Assembly: GCA_900617105.1 (NCBI GenBank)
Contig: UYFQ01000001.1
Coordinates: 434,001-498,000 of the forward strand
Origin: Hydrurus foetidus
Lineage: Eukaryota
Reading direction: 5' to 3'
DNA length: 64,000 nucleotides
The position numbers and the translations under genes were made by a program. Shown here one piece after another: positions 50,480 to 60,626 of the stretch. Every line of letters begins with the position of its first letter. Position 1 is the stretch's first letter. Below the pieces are notes generated by a model. It was not told the DNA's origin. It saw nothing but the letters and a program-made list of their open reading frames with translations, and made no database searches.

Positions 50480-51056
50480 TGTGTTAAGCCAACGCACCGA
50501 TGCGCTCGTGGCGCTGTTCACCCAGATCGCCTTGACACGCATGGACGGCATCCCCATCTTGAACCCTGCGTTGCGCGTGGAGGCCGTGGGGTTTGAGCTG
50601 CTGACGGAGCCGGTGAAGGTGGCGCGTGCTGATGAGGTGCAAAGTGTTCCCCCACCCCCTGCCGACCCGATGGCCGTGGCCGGTGGCGTGGGCATCCTCA
50701 TCACCCCGTGGTTCATGAACTTGGTGTGGATTCCGGCTGTGCATGTCAACTTCGAGTGCTGCACCGGCATCAGCCGCATGCGCAACGTCGGCACCGATAA
50801 TTTCAACTTCATTGGCGGGTTTGAGGCGAGCTTTGGCAGCTACGAAGCCTGCTCGTTGTTCTCACCCATGTTCGAGTTCCCTGACCACGACGCAGCCCGT
50901 GACACGGCGCAAGCGGTGCTGGCAGCGCTGCGGCAACCTGTGCCAGCACCTCTTTTACCTTCCGCTGCCGTACCTCCCGTTGTGCCCAAGTTGGATATTC
51001 CCGCTCGCCGTGCTTTTTTGTTTGGCCGCCGTTCCGCTGCTGAGGGTGCCGTATGA
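50469..51056 (+). CDS. hoxT: HybE-family chaperone HoxT
   Basis: RMDGIPILNPAL, ITPWFMNL, CSLFSPM, RRAFL. Confidence 0.88.
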   Translation: MGTDVLSQRTDALVALFTQIALTRMDGIPILNPALRVEAVGFELLTEPVKVARADEVQSVPPPPADPMAVAGGVGILITPWFMNLVWIPAVHVNFECCTGISRMRNVGTDNFNFIGGFEASFGSYEACSLFSPMFEFPDHDAARDTAQAVLAALRQPVPAPLLPSAAVPPVVPKLDIPARRAFLFGRRSAAEGAV

Positions 51057-52276
51057 CCTCTATGGACGCTCTTGCCGGTGTCTTGCGCCTGTCCCCCGGT
51101 CTGCCCCGCCCGCACAACCTGCGCAGCAGCCGCCGCGACTGGGCTCAAATGTTGACGCGGGGCGTACCTGCTGCATCGCTTTCCACCCGCCTCGCCAGCC
51201 TGTTCAGCCTGTGTGGTCATTCGCACCGCCTGTGTGCCGATATGGCGGTGGCGGCTGCACAGACGGGAAAGCCCTCTGCTGTCACCACTGCGGCGCTGCA
51301 CAGCTTGCAACAAGAGACTTTGCGCGAGCAGGTGCGCCGCATCACGTTGGACTGGCCGCGTCAACTGGCTGCCGATTTGAATACCAGCGCGACCCTCGCA
51401 ATGGCCCAAGCGGCCTTGGTGCGGTGCCCGCTCTTCGCCGCTGTGCCGTCGCCAGAGACGGACATACAAGCCGCCCTGCAAGACTGGCTCCAAACCCAGC
51501 TCTTAGGGATGCCCGCCGCGCAGTGGTTGGACGCTTGGGAGCGTGATCCGTCTGCTTGGCTGCACCGCTGGAGCACGGCCAGCCCGTTGTGGCTGCCTCA
51601 ATTGCTTTTTCAGGTGCAAAAAGAAAGCTTACCGCTTATTCCCTATGCGATAGATGCTACAGTTTTAAGAGTGAATTCCAGCACCACTGAACTCATGGCA
51701 CTGGCCGACACATTGCGGCAAGCTCCCGACTTCACCCGCCAGCCCCTGTGGCGAGGTGCCTGCGCCGAGACAGGCCCGTGGACGCGCCTCAACCAACCAA
51801 ATCCTGGAATCTTCAACACCCTGGTGCTGCGTTTGGGTTCGCGGCTGGCCGAATTGGTGCGTCTGGCTTTGCCTGACCAACCTGAACGCAGCGGCACGCA
51901 GTGGTTGCGTATGGGCAGCCTCGCTACCGCCCCCCGTGAGGGTTTGGCCTGGGTGGAAATGGCCCGTGGCCTGCTGATCCACCATGTGCTGCTTGAAGGA
52001 CAAGAGGAAGGGGAGGGCGATGCTCAAGGCAATAGCACCCACGTCACATCCTGCCATGTGCTGGCCCCCACCGAATGGAACTTTCACCCCAACGGGGCGG
52101 TAGCGCAGGCGCTGGAAAACTGGCCTGATGGCCATGCCTCCCGTGTTGACAGCGCACGACACGTTAACCTGTGGGTCTGCGCTTACGACCCCTGCGTTGC
52201 CCATGAAATCGCACTTGAAGTCGCCCCCGTTCATTCTTCTGTCACAACCCTTACCCAGGAGCCAAACCATGCATGA
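51053..52276 (+). CDS. hoxV: HoxV/HupK scaffold protein
   Basis: LFSLCGHSH, VEMARGLLIH, LAPTEWNFHP, YDPCV. Confidence 0.9.
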   Translation: MTSMDALAGVLRLSPGLPRPHNLRSSRRDWAQMLTRGVPAASLSTRLASLFSLCGHSHRLCADMAVAAAQTGKPSAVTTAALHSLQQETLREQVRRITLDWPRQLAADLNTSATLAMAQAALVRCPLFAAVPSPETDIQAALQDWLQTQLLGMPAAQWLDAWERDPSAWLHRWSTASPLWLPQLLFQVQKESLPLIPYAIDATVLRVNSSTTELMALADTLRQAPDFTRQPLWRGACAETGPWTRLNQPNPGIFNTLVLRLGSRLAELVRLALPDQPERSGTQWLRMGSLATAPREGLAWVEMARGLLIHHVLLEGQEEGEGDAQGNSTHVTSCHVLAPTEWNFHPNGAVAQALENWPDGHASRVDSARHVNLWVCAYDPCVAHEIALEVAPVHSSVTTLTQEPNHA

Positions 52277-52652
52277 AGCCAGCTTAGCCGGAGGCATTTT
52301 GCAACTCGTGGAAGATGCCGCTAAGCGTGAAGGCTTCCACCGTGTGACCGTGCTGCGGCTGGAAGCCGGGCAGCTCGCCGGCGTTGAAGCACGGGCACTG
52401 CGCTTTGCCCTGGAAGCCTTGTCCCCCGGCACCTGTTTGCAAGGTGCCCGCTTTGACATTGACGAGCCACCCGGTCAGGCGTGGTGCCTGCCGTGCAGCG
52501 CCAGCGTGACGATCAACCAGCGCGGCGATGCCTGCCCCCAGTGCGGTAGCTACCAATTGCAACCCACTGGCGGCACCGAGCTGCGGGTGGTGGACATGCT
52601 GGTCGAAGACAACGAGCCTCAACCTAACTTGAAGGAAGCACCATGTGTGTAG
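52269..52652 (+). CDS. hypA: Nickel metallochaperone HypA
   Basis: MHEASL, CLPC, CPQC. Confidence 0.95.
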   Translation: MHEASLAGGILQLVEDAAKREGFHRVTVLRLEAGQLAGVEARALRFALEALSPGTCLQGARFDIDEPPGQAWCLPCSASVTINQRGDACPQCGSYQLQPTGGTELRVVDMLVEDNEPQPNLKEAPCV

Positions 52653-53569
52653 TTTGCGGATGCGCCGAAACGGGCGCAACAGGTGCTGTGGTCGTGCCGC
52701 ACGACCACAGCCATGACCACAGTCACAGCCATTCCCCTGATGATGCACATGGCCATACCCACCATACTGGTCATAACGATCATGGCCACAGCACTGCCCA
52801 TGTGCAGGTTGACCCCCAGCATGGCGATCTGCACTTTGGTGCCGGTGCTGCCCGCGTCTCCGTGCCCGGCATGAGCCAAACCCGTGCGATCAAGCTGGAA
52901 ACCGACATCCTCGGTGAGAACAACCGCATCGCCCGCAAAAATCGCCATCACTTCGCGGCCCACGAGGTGACGGCGCTGAATATGGTCTCCAGCCCAGGGT
53001 CGGGCAAAACCACCTTGCTGTGCGCCACGATTGAAGCGCTCAAAGTGCGCACGCCGCACTTGCCGGTGTCAGTGATCGAAGGCGATCAGCAAACCAGTTT
53101 TGACGCTGACCGCATCCGTGCCACCGGCGCACCCGCCGTGCAAATCAACACCGGCAAAGGCTGTCATTTGGATGCGCCCATGGTGGCCCAGGCCTTTGCT
53201 CAGTTGCACAGCCATGCGCACCACGGCCACGACCAGCACGACCATCACCACGACGAACGCAGCCTGCTCTTCATTGAAAACGTCGGCAACCTGGTGTGCC
53301 CCGCTATGTGGGATTTGGGCGAAGCCGCCAAAGTCGCGATCCTTTCCGTCACTGAGGGTGAAGACAAGCCGCTCAAGTACCCCGACATGTTTGCGGCCTC
53401 CCGGTTGATGGTGCTGAACAAAATCGACCTGCTGCCCTATGTCAAGTTTGACGTGCAGCGCTGTATCGAGTTGGCACGCCGCGTGAACCCCGGCATCGAG
53501 GTGATCCAGCTGTCTGCCACCACGGGAGAAGGCATGGGCGCGTGGCTGGACTGGCTGGAGGCGGTGTGA
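52643..53569 (+). CDS. hypB: Nickel GTPase HypB
   Basis: MCVVCGC, His-rich tracts, [23 protein letters not shown]. Confidence 0.96.
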   Translation: MCVVCGCAETGATGAVVVPHDHSHDHSHSHSPDDAHGHTHHTGHNDHGHSTAHVQVDPQHGDLHFGAGAARVSVPGMSQTRAIKLETDILGENNRIARKNRHHFAAHEVTALNMVSSPGSGKTTLLCATIEALKVRTPHLPVSVIEGDQQTSFDADRIRATGAPAVQINTGKGCHLDAPMVAQAFAQLHSHAHHGHDQHDHHHDERSLLFIENVGNLVCPAMWDLGEAAKVAILSVTEGEDKPLKYPDMFAASRLMVLNKIDLLPYVKFDVQRCIELARRVNPGIEVIQLSATTGEGMGAWLDWLEAV

Positions 53570-54810
53570 CGCTACCGCCCGTGCTCGCTTGTGGTGGATG
53601 GCTGAAAAATACCGCCTGCCTGTTGGGGCCTGACGTGCTCACCTGGTCAGCCCTGAACGGTGACTTGAGCGACCCCAGCGCGTGTCTGGCGCTGGAGCTG
53701 TCGGTGCAAGAACTGTTGCGCGGTGCGGTGCAGCCACCCGTTGCGAATTTTCCTGTGGCTATAGCCCATGACCTGCACCCTGATTTTTACAGCACTCGTT
53801 TGGCGCTGGACATGGCGCACCGCTTGGGTATTCCCGCGATTGGCGTACAGCACCATCACGCCCACATCGCCGCTGTGATGGCCGAGCACGCGGTGCAAGA
53901 GCCGGTCATCGGCTTGGCGCTCGATGGTGTGGGGCTGGGCACCGACGGTCAATCGTGGGGCGGTGAGTTGCTGTGGGTCGATACATTGGACTGGCGGCGT
54001 TTGGGCCACCTCTACCCGCTGGCCCTGCCCGGTGGCGATGTGGCCGCCCGCGAGCCGTGGCGCATGGCGGCCTCTGCGCTTCACGCGCTAGGCCGCACGC
54101 AAGACATTGCACAGCGTTTTGCACCAGCGGTGGGCCAAACCGCTGCCCACACGGTGCAGCAGATGTTGACCCGTCAGTTGAATTGCCCTGCCAGCAGCAG
54201 CGCCGGGCGTTGGTTTGACGCAGCTGCCGGGGCGTTGGCCTTGAGTGTTCGTCAAACCCATGAGGCGCAAGCCGCCATGGCCTTAGAGCAAGCTGCGCAG
54301 GCTTGGTTGTCCGGCCACGCCCCGCCTGTGGTGTGGCACGGTATCGACACGCAAACCCTGGCGCAGCTCGATATTCGCCCGCTGTTGGCCGCTTTGCTGG
54401 ACACCTCAAGCGGCTGCGCAGATGTGCCCACAGGTTTTGCCAACGTGTCTGCCGCTGCGGCGTGGTTCCACTTGGCGCTGGCCGATGTGTTGTCCGAATG
54501 GGCGACGCTTGCCGCGCACAGCACCGGCACCTCCACCGTGTGTCTGGGGGGCGGCTGTTTCATGAATGCTGTGTTGACGCAACGCATCACCGCCAACTTG
54601 CAGCAGCGCGGCTTGCGCGTGTTGCGGCCACACACCATCTCGTGTGGCGATGCGGGTTTGGCCCTGGGCCAAGCCTGGGTGGTCGCTCACCAAATGGCGA
54701 ATTTTTCCGCACCCCAAACAGCCAGCCCGGTGGCGTGCGTCATCCCAACCGCTGTGCCCGTGGTGCCTGCGATTCATTCCCCTCAAACCGAAAGCCTGCT
54801 ATGTGTTTAG
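53566..54810 (+). CDS. hypF: N-terminally truncated carbamoyltransferase (HypF1-type)
   Basis: [34 protein letters not shown]; no acylphosphatase, Zn-finger or YrdC part. Confidence 0.9.
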   Translation: MTLPPVLACGGWLKNTACLLGPDVLTWSALNGDLSDPSACLALELSVQELLRGAVQPPVANFPVAIAHDLHPDFYSTRLALDMAHRLGIPAIGVQHHHAHIAAVMAEHAVQEPVIGLALDGVGLGTDGQSWGGELLWVDTLDWRRLGHLYPLALPGGDVAAREPWRMAASALHALGRTQDIAQRFAPAVGQTAAHTVQQMLTRQLNCPASSSAGRWFDAAAGALALSVRQTHEAQAAMALEQAAQAWLSGHAPPVVWHGIDTQTLAQLDIRPLLAALLDTSSGCADVPTGFANVSAAAAWFHLALADVLSEWATLAAHSTGTSTVCLGGGCFMNAVLTQRITANLQQRGLRVLRPHTISCGDAGLALGQAWVVAHQMANFSAPQTASPVACVIPTAVPVVPAIHSPQTESLLCV

Positions 54811-55040
54811 CCATTCCCGCCAAGCTCGTGGCCCTGTTGCCCAATGACCAAGCGGTGGTTGATTTGGGCGGTATCCGCAAGCAAATTTCTATCGCGCTGG
54901 TGTCCGGCGTGGTGGTGGGCGATTACGTGATTGTTCACGTCGGTCACGCCATCGGGCGCATTGATCCGGTGGAGGCCGAACGCACGCTGGCGATGTTCGG
55001 CGAGATGGCCGATTTGGCTCAATTAGAAAGCACCCCATGA
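54801..55040 (+). CDS. hypC: Hydrogenase chaperone HypC
   Basis: MCLAIPA, GDYVIVHVG. Confidence 0.95.
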   Translation: MCLAIPAKLVALLPNDQAVVDLGGIRKQISIALVSGVVVGDYVIVHVGHAIGRIDPVEAERTLAMFGEMADLAQLESTP

Positions 55041-56215
55041 AATACATCGACGAATTCCGCGATGGTGACATCGCCCGCAAAATTGCTGACCGCATTGCCG
55101 CTGAAGTGCAGCCCGGTAAAAACTACAGCTTCATGGAGTTCTGCGGCGGCCATACCCATGCGATTTCGCGCTACGGCGTGGCCGAGTTGTTGCCACCTAC
55201 CGTGCGCATGGTGCATGGCCCCGGCTGCCCGGTGTGCGTGCTGCCGATTGGTCGCATCGACTTGGCGATTGGCTTGGCGCTGGAGCGCAACGTCATCGTC
55301 TGCACTTACGGCGACACCATGCGCGTGCCCGCATCGAATGGCCTCTCTCTGGTCAAAGCCAAAGCCCGTGGCGGCGATATCCGCATGGTGTACTCCGCAG
55401 CGGACGCGATGACCATCGCCCGCAACAACCCCGAGCGCGAGGTGGTGTTTTTTGCCATCGGTTTCGAGACCACCACGCCGCCCACCGCCTTGATTATTCG
55501 GGACGCGCAACGCGAAGGGTTGAAGAACTTCACCGTGCTTTGCTGCCATGTGCTCACACCTTCGGCCATCACCCACATTCTGGAGTCGCCCGAGGTGCGG
55601 CAGTTTGGCACCGTGCCGATTGACGGCTTCATTGGCCCGGCCCACGTCAGCATCGTCATCGGCTCAGGCCCTTACGAGAACTTTGCCGAGGAATACCGCA
55701 AACCCGTGGTGATCGCCGGTTTCGAGCCGCTGGACGTGATGCAGGCGGTGCTGATGCTGGTGCGTCAGGTGAACGATGGCCGCCATGAGGTTGAAAACGA
55801 ATTCAGCCGCGCGGTAGACCGCGATGGCAACTTGAACGCCCAAGCGCTGGTGTCCGAGGTGTTTGAGCTGCGCACCAGTTTCGAGTGGCGCGGCCTGGGT
55901 GAGGTGCCCTACAGTGCGTTGAAAATTCGCCCTGCCTTTGCCAAATTCGACGCTGAACGTCGCTTTGCGCTGGACTACAAACCGGTCGCCGACAACAAGG
56001 CTTGCGAATGCGGTGCGATTTTGCGCGGCGTGAAAAAGCCCACCGACTGCAAAATTTTTGGCACCGTGTGTACCCCAGAAAATCCGGTGGGCTCGTGCAT
56101 GGTGTCCAGCGAAGGGGCTTGCGCGGCGCATTACTCGTATGGCCGCTTTCGTGACATCGCCATCGTTGCCGAGTCTGTTGCCGAGTCTGCGGCCGAATCA
56201 ACTGTGGCGGCCTGA
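55037..56215 (+). CDS. hypD: Hydrogenase formation protein HypD
   Basis: CGGHT, GPGCPVC, GFETT, CMVSSEGAC. Confidence 0.97.
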   Translation: MKYIDEFRDGDIARKIADRIAAEVQPGKNYSFMEFCGGHTHAISRYGVAELLPPTVRMVHGPGCPVCVLPIGRIDLAIGLALERNVIVCTYGDTMRVPASNGLSLVKAKARGGDIRMVYSAADAMTIARNNPEREVVFFAIGFETTTPPTALIIRDAQREGLKNFTVLCCHVLTPSAITHILESPEVRQFGTVPIDGFIGPAHVSIVIGSGPYENFAEEYRKPVVIAGFEPLDVMQAVLMLVRQVNDGRHEVENEFSRAVDRDGNLNAQALVSEVFELRTSFEWRGLGEVPYSALKIRPAFAKFDAERRFALDYKPVADNKACECGAILRGVKKPTDCKIFGTVCTPENPVGSCMVSSEGACAAHYSYGRFRDIAIVAESVAESAAESTVAA

Positions 56216-56220
56216 ACATC

Positions 56221-57270
56221 ATGGTCAAGAAAAACTACATCCGTCCCCTCGATATCAAACATGGCCGCATCGACATGGGCCACGGCGCAGGCGGGCGTGC
56301 TGCGGCCCAACTGATCGAAGAACTGTTCGTCGCCGCGTTTGACAACCCCTATCTGCGCCAAGGCGACGACGGTGCCAGCTTCCCGATTCCCGTGGGCAGT
56401 CGCATGGTGATGGCGACCGACGGCCATGTCGTGTCGCCGCTGTTTTTCCCCGGTGGCGACGTGGGCTGCTTGAGTGTCCACGGCACGATCAATGACGTGG
56501 CCATGTCGGGTGCGCAGCCGCTGTACTTGGCCGCCAGCTTCATCCTCGAAGAAGGCTTCCCCTTGAGTGAGCTTAAGCGCGTGGTAGACAGCATGGCCGC
56601 TGCGGCCCGTGAGGCGGGCGTGCCCATCATCACGGGCGACACCAAGGTGGTGGAGCGGGGCAAGGGCGATGGCGTGTTCATCAGCACCACCGGCGTGGGT
56701 GTGGTGGCCGCAGGGGTTGATATTCGCGGCGTGAACGCCCGCCCTGGTGACGTGATTTTGCTGTCCGGCACCATTGGCGACCACGGTGTTGCGGTGCTGT
56801 CACAGCGCGAATCGCTGGAGTTTGAAACCACCATCGCGTCAGACACCGCCGCGCTACACACGCTGGTGGCCGCCATGTTGCAGGCATCGCCCGGTGGTGT
56901 GCGCGTCTTGCGTGACCCCACCCGTGGCGGGCTGGCCACCACCTTGAATGAGATCGCAGGCCAGTCCGGCGTGGGTATGGTGCTGATGGAGGAGGCCATT
57001 CCCGTGTCGCCCCAAGTCGATGCGGCCTGCGAGCTGCTGGGGTTAGACCCGCTTTATGTCGCGAACGAAGGCAAGCTGGTGGCGATTTGCACCCCCGAGG
57101 CGGCTGCTGCGGTTTTGAGAGCAATGCAAGCCCACCCACTGGGCGTTAAGGCCGTCAAAATAGGTGAAGTCACTGTAGACCCACACCATTTCGTTCAAAT
57201 GAACACCCGCTTTGGGGGCCGCCGTGTGGTGGATTGGTTGAGCGGCGAGCAGCTACCGCGAATTTGTTAG
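56221..57270 (+). CDS. hypE: Hydrogenase formation protein HypE
   Basis: HGAGG, GDTKVV, RDPTRGG, C-terminal LPRIC. Confidence 0.97.
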   Translation: MVKKNYIRPLDIKHGRIDMGHGAGGRAAAQLIEELFVAAFDNPYLRQGDDGASFPIPVGSRMVMATDGHVVSPLFFPGGDVGCLSVHGTINDVAMSGAQPLYLAASFILEEGFPLSELKRVVDSMAAAAREAGVPIITGDTKVVERGKGDGVFISTTGVGVVAAGVDIRGVNARPGDVILLSGTIGDHGVAVLSQRESLEFETTIASDTAALHTLVAAMLQASPGGVRVLRDPTRGGLATTLNEIAGQSGVGMVLMEEAIPVSPQVDAACELLGLDPLYVANEGKLVAICTPEAAAAVLRAMQAHPLGVKAVKIGEVTVDPHHFVQMNTRFGGRRVVDWLSGEQLPRIC

Positions 57271-57306
57271 GCGGCTTGTCCGGCTCAAGGGACATCAAGG
57301 CACAGC

Positions 57307-59103
57307 ATGCGCATTCTTTTACTCTGCCACAGCTTCAACAGCCTCTCGCAGCGGCTGTTCACCGAGCTCGCCGCGCTGGGTCATCAGTTGTCGGTAGAGC
57401 TGGACATTGCCGACGCCGTGACCGAAGAGGCCTGTGCGCTGTTCCGGCCCGATGTGTTGATCGCCCCCTTCCTCAAGCGGCGCATTCCTGAATCGGTATG
57501 GCAGCAAGTCCGCTGCTGGGTGGTTCACCCCGGCCCACCGGGTGACGGTGGCCCGTCAGCGCTGGATTGGGCGGTGTTGCAGCAGTTGCCGCCGACCTGG
57601 GGTGAATGGGGTGTGACGGTATTGCAAGCGAATGCAGATTTGGACGCTGGCCCGGTGCAGGCCCACGCCGTATTTGCGCTGCGTGCGGCCAGCAAAGGCA
57701 GCTTGTACCGCGCCGAGGTGACGCAGGCTGCGGTAGATGCGGTGCTGCGTGCGTTGGCGCAGTTGTCCGCTGGCGAGCAAGTCCCAACCTGCGTGCAGAC
57801 TGCGGGTTCTACAGACAAAGCAGATCCAGCAGACGCAAGCGCTCAGCCGGCTCTCCGACGTTGGCAACCCGCCATGCCGCAATCGGCGCGTGCCCTGGAC
57901 TGGTCAAACCACACCACGGCGCACATCCTCGCCCGCCTGCGCAGTGCAGACGGGCAACCCGGCGTGCTGGATGCGCTCTTTGGCCTGCCTTGCCACCTGT
58001 TTGATGGCCATGCCGCTACCGGTGACACCCTCCAGAAATTGTGCAATGCCTACCGTGATACGCCCCCTGGCACCGTGCTGGCCCAGCGTGATGGCGCACT
58101 GCTGCGCCGCACCGTGGACGGTGGCGTGTGGATTGGCCAAGTTCGCCTTGCACGGGCCTGTGGCGACAGCGACGCTTTCAAAATGCCAGCCACCCTGGCC
58201 TTTGCCCCCGAGTCGGCGGTGCTGCCCGTGTGGGCCGCGCCTTTGCACCGTGAGGATCAGGCGGACGAATGGGCTGAGCTGCGCTACTGGGAAATTGGCC
58301 CTGAGGAATCCCGCGTCGCTTGCCTGTCCTTCGACTTCTACAACGGGGCCATGTCCACCGACCAGTGCCAGCGCTTGCTCGCCGCCGTGCAGTACGCCAA
58401 AGAGCGTGACACTCGCGTGCTGATGTTGCTGGGTGGGCGGGATTTTTTCAGCAATGGTATCCACCTGAACTGCATCGAAGCCGCCGCCCACCGTACAGCT
58501 GACAGCGCGGCAGACGAATCTTGGCGCAACATCAACGCGATGAACGACGTGGCCCAGGCACTCATCACCATGACGAGCAAGCTCACCGTGGCCGTGATGC
58601 GTGGCAACGCCGGTGCCGGTGGTGTGTTCCTTGCACTGGCCGCTGATGAGGTATGGACACACCGCAGCGTGGTGCTGAACCCGCATTACCGCAACATGGG
58701 CAACCTCTATGGTTCCGAATACTGGACTTACCTGCTGCCCCGCCGCGTGGGGACTGACAAAGCCCGTGAACTCATGGCGCAGCGCCTGCCCCTGTCTGCG
58801 CTGCAAGCCCAAACTTTGGGGCTGGTTGACCACTGCTTTGATGGCGATGAAACGTCGGTGCATGAACGCGCACTGGCCATCGCTGCCGTCTACAATTTGC
58901 CCGACCGCATCGCCCACAAGCAGCAGTGCCGCAGCGTTGACGAAGCCACCCGCCCCCTGGCCGATTACCGCCGACAAGAACTTTCCCGTATGCACCGCAA
59001 CTTCTACGGGTTTGACCCCAGCTACCACATTGCCCGCTACCATTTCGTCCACAAGCTGCCCCATGCTTGGACGCCACGGCATCTGGCGGTTCACCGGCCC
59101 TGA
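57307..59103 (+). CDS. hoxX: HoxX/HypX (CO-ligand synthesis; formyltransferase plus enoyl-CoA hydratase-like domains)
   Basis: MRILLLCHSFNSLSQR, FYNGAMST, FSNGIHLN, NMGNLYGSEYWTY. Confidence 0.93.
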   Translation: MRILLLCHSFNSLSQRLFTELAALGHQLSVELDIADAVTEEACALFRPDVLIAPFLKRRIPESVWQQVRCWVVHPGPPGDGGPSALDWAVLQQLPPTWGEWGVTVLQANADLDAGPVQAHAVFALRAASKGSLYRAEVTQAAVDAVLRALAQLSAGEQVPTCVQTAGSTDKADPADASAQPALRRWQPAMPQSARALDWSNHTTAHILARLRSADGQPGVLDALFGLPCHLFDGHAATGDTLQKLCNAYRDTPPGTVLAQRDGALLRRTVDGGVWIGQVRLARACGDSDAFKMPATLAFAPESAVLPVWAAPLHREDQADEWAELRYWEIGPEESRVACLSFDFYNGAMSTDQCQRLLAAVQYAKERDTRVLMLLGGRDFFSNGIHLNCIEAAAHRTADSAADESWRNINAMNDVAQALITMTSKLTVAVMRGNAGAGGVFLALAADEVWTHRSVVLNPHYRNMGNLYGSEYWTYLLPRRVGTDKARELMAQRLPLSALQAQTLGLVDHCFDGDETSVHERALAIAAVYNLPDRIAHKQQCRSVDEATRPLADYRRQELSRMHRNFYGFDPSYHIARYHFVHKLPHAWTPRHLAVHRP

Positions 59104-59116
59104 ATACACCCCCTAA

Positions 59117-60610
59117 TTGCCCCAAAATGACTGCCCCACGATGACCATGTCCCCAGCGCCACTGCCCACCGTTTTGGTTGTGGACGACGAGGTGCGTTCG
59201 CAAGACGCCATGCGCCGCACGCTGGACGAAGACTTCACCGTGCTGACCGCCAGCGATGCCGACGAGGCTCGCACCCGCATGGAGCGCCATGAGGTCAGCG
59301 TCATCCTGTGCGACCAGCGCATGCCCGGTTTGACCGGCGTGGCGTTTTTGAAAGAAGTGCGCGAACGCTGGCCCGACACGGTGCGCATCGTGATCTCGGG
59401 CTACACCGATTCCGAGGACATCATTGCGGGCATCAACGATGCAGGCATCTACCAGTACATCCTCAAACCCTGGATTCCTGACCACCTGCTGAGCACGGTG
59501 CGCAATGCCGTAGAGGCACAAGCCTTGCAGCGCGACACCCACCGCCTGCACCTGGAGCTGCGTACCAGCACCCCCGTGCTGCGCCAGCGTGCGGCGGGCA
59601 AGCTGGCCCATGCGCAGCGGGTGTTCGACTTTGACCGCATTGAGCGTGCCACCGGTAGCCCCTTGGATGCCGTGTGCGAGATGGCCGCCCGCGTGGCCCG
59701 CTTCGACCTGAGCCTGCTGGTGCTGGGCGAATCAGGCTCGGGCAAAGAGCTGCTGGCCCGTGCCGTGCATTACGCCAGCCCTCGTGCCGGGGCTGCTTTC
59801 GTCGTCGAAAACTGCGCGGCCATCCCCGACACGCTGCTGGAATCTGAGCTGTTCGGCCACAAGCGAGGCGCGTTCACCGGGGCTTTTGAAGACCACCCTG
59901 GTTTGTTCCAGCGGGCCAATGGCGGCACCGTGTTTTTGGATGAAATTGGCGAAACCTCACCGGCCTTTCAGGTACGGCTGCTGCGGGTGCTGCAAGAGCG
60001 CGAAGTGCGCCCCGTGGGGGCTGTGCGTGCCGTGCCGGTGGATGTGCGCGTGATCGCTGCCACCCACCGCGACCTGGAGCAGCGCGTGCGAGAAGGCCTG
60101 TTCCGCGAAGATTTGTACTACCGCATCGCGGGCATCAGCATCACCGTGCCACCACTGCGCGAGCGCGCGGGTGACATTGCACCCATCGCCCGGCGGTTGG
60201 TGGCCGAGGTAGGGGCTGAGTTGGGCCGCCCCGGTGCGGCCTTGAGCGACGAGGCTCTGGCCTGCCTGATGGGCTACCCCTGGCCGGGCAATGTGCGAGA
60301 GCTGCGCAACGAGATCGCCCGTGCCGTGGCCCTCAGCGACCATGATGTGGTGGAGGCGCAGACGTTTTCCCGCCGGGTGCTGCACGGGCAGGCCGGTCTG
60401 GCGACCCAGCAACAGGCAGGACTTGCAGGGCAGGGCGCCGTACTGCCCCAAACTGGCACCCTGAGCGAGCGGATGGACGCCATCGAGGCGATGGTGCTGC
60501 GCGAAGCTCTGCTGCGCCACCGCTGGAACAAAACCCGTGCAGCGAAAGAATTGGGCCTGTCCCGCGTCGGTCTGCGCGGCAAGATGGCCCGGTTTGGGCT
60601 GGAGGGCTGA
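59117..60610 (+). CDS. hoxA: NtrC-family response regulator HoxA
   Basis: Receiver (VVDDE, CDQRMP), GESGSGKE, GAFTGA, Fis-type HTH. Confidence 0.93.
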   Translation: MPQNDCPTMTMSPAPLPTVLVVDDEVRSQDAMRRTLDEDFTVLTASDADEARTRMERHEVSVILCDQRMPGLTGVAFLKEVRERWPDTVRIVISGYTDSEDIIAGINDAGIYQYILKPWIPDHLLSTVRNAVEAQALQRDTHRLHLELRTSTPVLRQRAAGKLAHAQRVFDFDRIERATGSPLDAVCEMAARVARFDLSLLVLGESGSGKELLARAVHYASPRAGAAFVVENCAAIPDTLLESELFGHKRGAFTGAFEDHPGLFQRANGGTVFLDEIGETSPAFQVRLLRVLQEREVRPVGAVRAVPVDVRVIAATHRDLEQRVREGLFREDLYYRIAGISITVPPLRERAGDIAPIARRLVAEVGAELGRPGAALSDEALACLMGYPWPGNVRELRNEIARAVALSDHDVVEAQTFSRRVLHGQAGLATQQQAGLAGQGAVLPQTGTLSERMDAIEAMVLREALLRHRWNKTRAAKELGLSRVGLRGKMARFGLEG

Positions 60611-60626
60611 CATGCAAGCGTGTGTC

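Noticed and set aside
52700..52800. Repetitive CAC/CAT/GAC tract
   Set aside because: It is the normal His-rich Ni-binding region of HypB, not an array.
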